From the IMG/VR virus record IMGVR_UViG_3300027708_002017: a stretch of DNA of 64,000 nucleotides; one strand, written 5' to 3'. This DNA comes from an uncultured virus (IMG/VR IMGVR_UViG_3300027708_002017) (Duplodnaviria; Heunggongvirae; Uroviricota; Caudoviricetes). Shown one piece after another: positions 59,219 through 64,000 of this stretch. The notes under the pieces are model-generated. The model searched no databases. It saw only the letters and a list, made by a program, of their open reading frames with translations, and was not told where the DNA came from. The translations under genes and the position numbers were made by a program. Every line of letters starts with the position of its first letter. Within the stretch, counting starts at the first letter, position 1.

Positions 59219-59293
59219 TGGCCCGGCTAGCAGGAATCGAACCCACATTCTAGAGGTAGAAGCTCTATGTACTATCCATTGTACTATAGCCAG
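59219..59293 (-). tRNA. tRNA-Arg(TCT)
   Basis: TAGAG-CTTCTAC-CTCTA. Confidence 0.92.
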
Positions 59294-59300
59294 ATAATCT

Positions 59301-59329
59301 ATTATATGTTATTTACTAGCATGTGTCAA
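59301..59329 (-). promoter_or_regulatory. sigma70-type promoter
   Basis: TTGACA-N17-TATAAT, 7 nt before tRNA-Arg(TCT). Confidence 0.85.
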
Positions 59330-59330
59330 G

Positions 59331-59418
59331 TGGTGCCCTGGATGAGATTCGAACTCACAACTAGGTTTTTCCTTCTTCCTTTTGAGAGAAGTGCGTCTAC
59401 CAATTTCGCCACCAGGGC
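59331..59418 (-). tRNA. tRNA-Leu(CAA)
   Basis: CTTCT-CTCAAAA-GGAAG, long variable arm. Confidence 0.9.
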
Positions 59419-59420
59419 AA

Positions 59421-60002
59421 TTATTTCAATTCAAAATTACCTAGATTAAAACTCATACTAATACGTTCAACGCTTGAATGAAACGGATGTACTGAATGAT
59501 TTAAATCTGCTGGAAACAATAGTATGTCTCCGCTATTAGGTTTAATAGCATATTTTTGATCATCGTGAGCAAATTCAATATGACCTGCAAGATTATCTTC
59601 AAAAATTTCTTCAGGAATGTCTATGTAAATCACAGCACTCATTTCGCCACCGTGTGCGTGAAAATCTATATATTCGTTTTCTGTTTGAAAATTTATCCAA
59701 GCCACTGGCATATAAAAATTAACACTGGTATATTCACTTTGTTCCGCAGTATTAATATAATTTAGAATATGTGATCCTATACAATTAGTGAATATGCTAA
59801 TTTGTTCGTTAGTAAATCCAACTTTCAAATGATTTTTTAGTGCGGATGTATTATCTGCCCATAAGTTTGCTCCAACATTTTCGTTATGTTGTCTAGTTTC
59901 TTCTGCTATATTTTTTAAAAATAACAAAAAATCTTTATCAATTGTGCTACTATACATAGTAGGACCGTTATTTCCAAAATGCTTAGTTACTTTATAAGTC
60001 AT
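59421..60002 (-). CDS. 2OG-Fe(II) oxygenase
   Basis: Start MTYKV; WINFQ..FHAH..SAVIY..FPADLNHSVHPF..RISMSFN. Confidence 0.85.
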   Translation of the reverse strand: MTYKVTKHFGNNGPTMYSSTIDKDFLLFLKNIAEETRQHNENVGANLWADNTSALKNHLKVGFTNEQISIFTNCIGSHILNYINTAEQSEYTSVNFYMPVAWINFQTENEYIDFHAHGGEMSAVIYIDIPEEIFEDNLAGHIEFAHDDQKYAIKPNSGDILLFPADLNHSVHPFHSSVERISMSFNLGNFELK

Positions 60003-60018
60003 ATAATATCCAAATAAG

Positions 60019-60092
60019 TGGAGCGGGATAGGAGAATCGAACTCCTGACTAAACCTTGGCAAGGTTTCGTTTGACCATTAAACTAATCCCGC
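60019..60092 (-). tRNA. tRNA-Gly(GCC)
   Basis: AAACC-TTGCCAA-GGTTT. Confidence 0.93.
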
Positions 60093-60358
60093 ATAAAGAT
60101 ATTAATAGAAAGCACTAAAAGTTTTGGTCCTCGTCAAAGAAAACATGGCTACCCAGGTCTTACAGTCCTGCTCTATTTGTCTAGCAAACATGGGGCACCT
60201 TTGCCGCGCTTAGAATCTCCCAGACTGTAAATCCTGATTCTTATCACTGCCGGCTTGCATACAGTTTATAACTGTCCTTTCTCCGCAACTTTCCGAGTTA
60301 CAAATACTTGTTGTTTCCAAATGCGTGTATGCCTTGTGCTTTCTATTAATAACTTTAT
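60093..60358 (-). ncRNA. Stem-enclosed RNA cassette D (about 220-nt structured cargo)
   Basis: 22 of 23 bp terminal stem (core ATTAATAGAAAGCAC/GTGCTTTCTATTAAT); internal GCATAC/GTATGC, TTACAGTC/GACTGTAA. Confidence 0.6.
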
Positions 60359-60411
60359 TTATAAAGTGTCAGATTGTTCTCCGCACAACCTGACAAAGCG
60401 GGGGTCTGTCT

Positions 60412-60487
60412 TGGTACACCCTGTTGGAATCGAACCAACTTCAACGGCTCTTCAGACCGCCGCTATGACCACATCAGCTAAAGGTGC
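60412..60487 (-). tRNA. tRNA-Phe(GAA)
   Basis: GCGGT-CTGAAGA-GCCGT. Confidence 0.92.
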
Positions 60488-60489
60488 AT

Positions 60490-60581
60490 TGGTACCAGCG
60501 GAGGGGATCGAACCCTCTCAAGAACGCTAATCTGGCGCTAAAAGGTGTATAAGACCTCTCTGACTTCCAAGTCTCGCTGGC
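60490..60581 (-). tRNA. Atypical tRNA with TAT anticodon (Ile-UAU?)
   Basis: GCCAGCG/CGCTGGT-A-CCA; mini D arm ACT-TGGA-AGT; AGAGGT-CTTATAC-ACCTTT; long variable arm. Confidence 0.75.
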
Positions 60582-60590
60582 AAAAAAAAT

Positions 60591-60666
60591 TGGGGTATCC
60601 TACCGGTATCGATCCGGTACTACCGCTTTCACAGAGCAGGGTGCAGGCCACTACACTAAGGACACC
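60591..60666 (-). tRNA. tRNA-His(GTG)
   Basis: Encoded G-1:C73; CTGCT-CTGTGAA-AGCGG; T-loop ATCGATA. Confidence 0.9.
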
Positions 60667-60671
60667 GTAGA

Positions 60672-61343
60672 TTAAAACTGTTTGATTTGATATTGACGTG
60701 ACCTGACATAGTTTTGATATGCAGGATTTTGAAACTCTTGTTTCATTATATCTTCAAGACCTTCGATTAAAGGCTGGGGAATATTTAATAAGAAACTGTT
60801 TGTACTGTATCGCACACCAGTTTCGACTGGGTCTACTCCATGCACCCAAAAATAATCTGCTGGCCAAATCATTCCTTCGCCGGCAGATAGTTTAACACGA
60901 TGTTCGCCGTTCCAAAATACAAAATCTCCGCCAGTATAATCATCATTCAAATTAAATGTAGCACTGCCGTACACATGAGGACCATGATCCGTGTGTGGAT
61001 GTATTTTGGCGCCAGGTTCATATTTTAACAGTCGATACATGTGACTGAACACCATACTGCGTCTAGCAAACACATGGAACATTTTAAATGTGTCCAAATA
61101 GTCCATGTACTCATTGATAAGAGTTTCATTGGCTTTGAAAACCAAATTCCACGCTTCGGTACCGTATACTAATTCGCCTCTTTTAAATGTGCTCTGTGTG
61201 TTGACACCGGTATTTGCATCTGGGCAATTTTCCAAAGTATCATTATTTTCTAATTTAGCGTATTCTTCAATTAAAAATTGACATTCCTCTTTGCTGAACG
61301 CATTTTTTTTATGAAAAATTAATTGAGTTAAGTTTATAGTCAT
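60672..61343 (-). CDS. Prolyl-4-hydroxylase-like 2OG-Fe(II) oxygenase
   Basis: Start MTINL; LLKYEPG..HPHTD..LNDDYTGG..WVHGV..RYS. Confidence 0.88.
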   Translation of the reverse strand: MTINLTQLIFHKKNAFSKEECQFLIEEYAKLENNDTLENCPDANTGVNTQSTFKRGELVYGTEAWNLVFKANETLINEYMDYLDTFKMFHVFARRSMVFSHMYRLLKYEPGAKIHPHTDHGPHVYGSATFNLNDDYTGGDFVFWNGEHRVKLSAGEGMIWPADYFWVHGVDPVETGVRYSTNSFLLNIPQPLIEGLEDIMKQEFQNPAYQNYVRSRQYQIKQF

Positions 61344-61365
61344 GCAACTATTTATTTTGCAGTTC

Positions 61366-61440
61366 TGGTACCGCCACAAGGAATCGAACCTCAATTACCA
61401 GTTCCGCAAACTAGTGTATTATCCATTATACGATAGCGAT
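61366..61440 (-). tRNA. tRNA-Arg(GCG)
   Basis: CTAGT-TTGCGGA-ACTGG; D-loop A20. Confidence 0.88.
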
Positions 61441-61445
61441 AAATT

Positions 61446-61521
61446 TGGCACCCCCTGATGGACTCGAACCACCGCGTGTCGGAATCAAAATCCGATGCCT
61501 TACCAACTTGGCGAAGAGGGT
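61446..61521 (-). tRNA. tRNA-Gln(TTG)
   Basis: TCGGA-TTTTGAT-TCCGA, G73. Confidence 0.93.
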
Positions 61522-61523
61522 AT

Positions 61524-61599
61524 TGGTGGTAATAGCTGGACTCGAACCAGCGATAGACTGCGTATGAAGCAGTTGCATTAGCCACTATGCTATATTACC
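61524..61599 (-). tRNA. tRNA-CAT (elongator Met, or Ile2)
   Basis: ACTGC-TTCATAC-GCAGT, G1:C72. Confidence 0.9.
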
Positions 61600-61687
61600 A
61601 TATAGAAACACACTCGGACCGTTTTCATCAGCAGACGGTGGTCTTGCCTTATGTAAACTATGTCTACATCGAATATGTTTTTATATG
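61599..61687 (-). ncRNA. Stem-enclosed RNA cassette C
   Basis: CATATAAAAACATATTCG / CGAGTGTGTTTCTATATG (17 of 18 pairs, G-U pairs only on the minus strand); 3' arm shared with cassette B. Confidence 0.55.
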
Positions 61688-61760
61688 GTGCGGGCAGAGG
61701 GATTCGAACCCACGACCAATAGATTAAAAGTCTACTGCTCTACCACTGAGCTATACCCGC
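61686..61760 (-). tRNA. tRNA-Lys(TTT)
   Basis: GTAGA-CTTTTAA-TCTAT. Confidence 0.95.
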
Positions 61761-61812
61761 GATCATCTTGCCACTCTTGTCACTATTCATGACAGATCTC
61801 CTTTTAAAAATT

Positions 61813-61887
61813 TGGTACTCCGAACGAGTATCGATCTCGCTTCTTCGCCTTGAAAGGGCAACGTTCTAGCCACTAAACTACCGGAGT
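61813..61887 (-). tRNA. tRNA-Glu(TTC)
   Basis: TTGCC-CTTTCAA-GGCGA; T-loop ATCGATA. Confidence 0.88.
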
Positions 61888-61892
61888 GTATT

Positions 61893-61967
61893 TGGTAGCC
61901 AATGATGGGAACGATCCATCGACCCTCGCCTTATCAAGACGATGCTCTACCACTGAGCTAATTGGCT
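61893..61967 (-). tRNA. tRNA-Ile(GAT)
   Basis: TCGTC-TTGATAA-GGCGA; T-loop ATCGTTC. Confidence 0.9.
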
Positions 61968-61970
61968 GTT

Positions 61971-62046
61971 TGGTGGAGGATACAGGGATCGAACCTGCGA
62001 CCTATTGCTTGCAAAGCAACCGCTCTCCCAACTGAGCTAATCCCCC
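61971..62046 (-). tRNA. tRNA-Ala(TGC)
   Basis: G3:U70; GTTGC-TTTGCAA-GCAAT. Confidence 0.95.
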
Positions 62047-62315
62047 AAAATGCTCTGACGTCCCCCGGCGGTAATTATAGTGTATCAGAAATTTCGTCAA
62101 GTTGCCCCAACTAGTCTATTCATCACTTACACCTTCCACCCGCTTCCCGACAGGGACCGCTCTCGTGTTGCTAACGCCGGTTAGGTTGGACCGCACATAC
62201 ATCCATGTTCTATCATGGCCTCTGTGTGAAACTTTTACGTTTCAGAACCACCCGTAGTTGTCACACTACTTCTCATCGTCTGGGTCAGACTATCCAGTGA
62301 CGCTGGAACGTTCTT
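62047..62315 (-). ncRNA. Putative structured RNA(s) between tRNA-Asn and tRNA-Ala
   Basis: GC-richer non-coding stretch with hairpins TCCAG/CTGGA, GTAGT/ACTAC, TGAAAC/GTTTCA, CCATG/CATGG and GTCCC/GGGAC. Confidence 0.5.
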
Positions 62316-62391
62316 TGGCTCCCCGAGGTGGGTTCGAACCACCGACCTGCGGATTAACAGTCCGTCGCTCTACCGACTGAGCTATCAGGGA
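62316..62391 (-). tRNA. tRNA-Asn(GTT)
   Basis: Loop CTGTTAA, G73. Confidence 0.95.
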
Positions 62392-62397
62392 ACAATT

Positions 62398-62471
62398 TGG
62401 TTGCGGGACCTAGAATCGCACTAGGAACTGTAGCTTATGAGACTACCGAGATACTATTTCTCTATCCCGCG
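62398..62471 (-). tRNA. Initiator-like tRNA-fMet(CAT), atypical
   Basis: C1:A72 mismatch, CGCGGG acceptor; anticodon stem GTAGT/GCTAC lacks the 3GC pairs. Confidence 0.82.
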
Positions 62472-62477
62472 ATAACC

Positions 62478-62553
62478 TGGTACACGGTACGGGAATCGAA
62501 CCCGTCTTACTGACGTGAAAGGCCAGTGTCCTAAACCGATAGACGAACCGTGC
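62478..62553 (-). tRNA. tRNA-Glu(TTC), second copy
   Basis: CTGGC-CTTTCAC-GTCAG. Confidence 0.92.
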
Positions 62554-62562
62554 ATACTAACT

Positions 62563-62637
62563 TGGCGGCTCCAAGGGGAATCGAACCCCTATTAATGGCG
62601 TGACAAGCCACCGTACTAACCATTATACTATGAAGCC
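62563..62637 (-). tRNA. tRNA-Asp(GTC)
   Basis: GTGGC-TTGTCAC-GCCAT, G73. Confidence 0.94.
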
Positions 62638-62644
62638 TAAAACT

Positions 62645-62729
62645 TGGTGGAGAAAGTAAGATTCGAACCTACTCACCCGAAGGAACAGATTTACAGTCTG
62701 CCGCGCCTCTCCCACTGCGCCGTTTCTCC
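62645..62729 (-). tRNA. tRNA-Tyr(GTA)
   Basis: GCAGA-CTGTAAA-TCTGT, long variable arm, A73. Confidence 0.93.
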
Positions 62730-62737
62730 ATGTCTTA

Positions 62738-62766
62738 ATTATAACACTCTCCCGCTATGCTGTCAA
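62738..62766 (-). promoter_or_regulatory. sigma70-type promoter embedded in hairpin cassette E, upstream of tRNA-Tyr
   Basis: TTGACA-N17-TATAAT. Confidence 0.65.
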
Positions 62767-62794
62767 CCGCTGTGCAGGCGGAGGTGGAGAGTGT

Positions 62795-62855
62795 GTATTA
62801 AAGCACTCTACATGGATGAACCCACTTGCCTTACGGCCTGAGAATGCTTTAATAC
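62795..62855 (-). ncRNA. Stem-enclosed RNA cassette F
   Basis: GTATTAAAGCATTCT / AGAGTGCTTTAATAC (15 bp) around 31 nt. Confidence 0.55.
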
Positions 62856-62966
62856 GCTACGATTTTTCGATCCAGAAGAGGAGTTTCATCCCGTAGGCCG
62901 CCCATTCGCCCATGTTTAGAGTGCAGGCTAGGATCTCGTTTCCTATACACACTTTTTCGAAAGTCT

Positions 62967-63006
62967 AAAAACAAAAAACCCCAGGGTTTTTAATCCTAGG
63001 GTCCTT
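62967..63006 (-). terminator. Intrinsic terminator (attenuator) ahead of the tRNA array
   Basis: GGACCCTAGG-ATTAAAAAC-CCTGGGGTTT followed by TTTGTTTTT. Confidence 0.85.
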
Positions 63007-63028
63007 GGAGTTTGAATGTAAACTGTGT

Positions 63029-63175
63029 TTACAAAATGTCCTCCCGGACCCTGTGATTCTCTGGTGTACGATCATATGATAAACTTCCGCCATTAATCGA
63101 TGACCAAGAACAGGCTATAATGCCTGCCTGCTTGGGCATTGTATTAAACAGCTGATGTCTAAAATTTGATTGCAT
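63029..63175 (-). CDS. Putative leader peptide (48 aa)
   Basis: MQSNFRHQLFNTMPKQAGIIACSWSSINGGSLSYDRTPENHRVREDIL; purine-rich upstream (GAGA); stop sits inside the antiterminator. Confidence 0.6.
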   Translation of the reverse strand: MQSNFRHQLFNTMPKQAGIIACSWSSINGGSLSYDRTPENHRVREDIL

Positions 63176-63233
63176 TTTGTTTCTCGTTTATCTCTTCTTT
63201 AAAATTAGCTAGCATCTTTGCTAACTAGTCTCT

Positions 63234-63262
63234 ATTGTAGCACCTTGCTACCATGTTGTCAA
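63234..63262 (-). promoter_or_regulatory. sigma70-type promoter P2 of the leader/tRNA array
   Basis: TTGACA-N17-TACAAT. Confidence 0.8.
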
Positions 63263-63316
63263 CACTTTTTAAAAAATATTTTGAAAATTTTTCTGGAGCA
63301 CTAACAACATGTCTTT

Positions 63317-63345
63317 ATTGTATGTTTATTTAGTCTCTTTGTCAA
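63317..63345 (-). promoter_or_regulatory. sigma70-type promoter P1 of the leader/tRNA array
   Basis: TTGACA-N17-TACAAT. Confidence 0.8.
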
Positions 63346-63369
63346 CTACTTGATTGAAATGTTGTATTT

Positions 63370-64000
63370 TTACGACATCCCAAGATCTTTTCTGATTTTT
63401 GTAGCACTGATGTCGGTGATACTGCTGTCAAAAGTTTCTTGTTCAATTCGGTAGCCAACATCTCGACCATATGTTATGTTTACAATGTTAGGCACTATCT
63501 GTATAGTATACTGCCCTTGATACAACATGTCAAGATCTCTTTGAATAAATTTCTTAACTTTTTCAATTTCAAACGGATTGCTTCCTTGCCAGCCTTGACA
63601 ATCGCGGATCATGATACACACTTGACCAGTCTTAGCAATGGCACGATCAAACAATGCTCTGTGGCCATCATGCCATGGCTGCCAACGACCCAGCATCTGC
63701 ACTGTTTCCTTTTGCCAGTCAAACGTCGGACGTCTACGATTGTCAATGATATGTGCGGCAACAAACTCGCCCCACTTTTCTGAGTTTTGTTCAGTGATTC
63801 TAAAATCGTATTCTGCTGGTTCGACAAACATAGCGTTAGTATCCGCATAACGTCCTTCACGGATTGTGTCTACCCAAATAGTCCAATCTGCTTTGAAGTT
63901 GTGGCGCATTTCTGCCAATGGCGCAACAAAGTCACAGATAACATAATCCATATCAGTCATGCTGTCAGCTAGTTCTCGCATACGCAGACTTTGACGAATA
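63370..64000 (-). CDS. Adenylyl-sulfate-kinase-like domain fused to an HIGH-type nucleotidyltransferase (5' end beyond window)
   Basis: Frame open to window edge (IRQSLRMR); VICDFVAP..MFVEP; GRWQPWHDGH; ISATKIR. Confidence 0.75.
   Translation of the reverse strand, partial: IRQSLRMRELADSMTDMDYVICDFVAPLAEMRHNFKADWTIWVDTIREGRYADTNAMFVEPAEYDFRITEQNSEKWGEFVAAHIIDNRRRPTFDWQKETVQMLGRWQPWHDGHRALFDRAIAKTGQVCIMIRDCQGWQGSNPFEIEKVKKFIQRDLDMLYQGQYTIQIVPNIVNITYGRDVGYRIEQETFDSSITDISATKIRKDLGMS

Noticed and set aside
61617..61645. Hammerhead ribozyme (CTGATGA core) in cassette C
   Set aside because: CTGATGA runs straight into AAAC with no stem II or separate GAAA, and no properly placed cleavage triplet.
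62047..62315. RNase P RNA, tmRNA or SRP RNA
   Set aside because: No GAGGAAAGTCC/P4 motif, no tmRNA tRNA-like ends with tag ORF, and no SRP domain IV motif were found by eye.
55661..62841. ORF-track ORFs overlapping tRNAs (55661, 55932, 56057, 56154, 59267, 60255, 61391, 62644) and 5' extensions of 59421 and 60672
   Set aside because: They are translations of tRNA or ncRNA sequence; internal ATGs were chosen as the real starts.
55348..62855. CRISPR array or mini-array from the repeated CATATAGAAACACACT segment and related stems
   Set aside because: The segments are arms of inverted repeats kilobases apart, not direct repeats with regular spacers, and no cas genes are present.
63285..63301. 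Second boxA (TGCTCCAGAAAAA) between the tandem promoters
   Set aside because: The conserved TTT core is replaced, so the match is too weak to call.
1..64000. Alternative genetic code or stop-codon reassignment
   Set aside because: Genes are full length and tightly packed under code 11, and there is no CTA/TTA/TCA suppressor tRNA.

Overview
This window is 64 kb of a large, AT-rich tailed-phage (jumbo-phage-like) genome. It uses the standard genetic code, and most genes lie on the minus strand. (1) 1-6.8 kb: five tandem radical-SAM enzymes with SPASM/Twitch-like domains. (2) 6.8-19.5 kb: early-type genes behind consensus sigma70 promoters, including an ATP-dependent DNA ligase, ClpP, an MBD4-like glycosylase, lipoproteins with an entericidin, a phosphoesterase and IF-1, followed by an isolated tRNA-like RNA with an expanded anticodon arm. 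(3) 19.7-47.7 kb: a tailoring-enzyme island with 10 more radical SAMs (one B12-type, one with a Tes/MJ0619-like N-terminus), about 10 2OG-Fe(II)/cupin oxygenases, a QueC-like ATPase, methyltransferase, desaturase, sulfotransferase, halogenase, AdoMet decarboxylase, amidinotransferase and aminotransferase. Many of its genes start 4-7 nt after a TAAATA late-promoter-like motif. (4) 47.7-52 kb: a tail-fibre-like gene and small early genes. (5) 52-63.4 kb: 29 tRNA genes covering all 20 amino acids, interleaved with RpoZ, a parvulin, more oxygenases, and several structured non-coding cassettes. The most novel-looking signals are a leader-peptide/antiterminator/terminator attenuator at the head of the tRNA array, a family of long-stem-enclosed small RNA cassettes whose loops are mutually complementary, and the atypical tRNAs. 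All protein calls come from motif recognition by eye; no database searches or folding programs were run.
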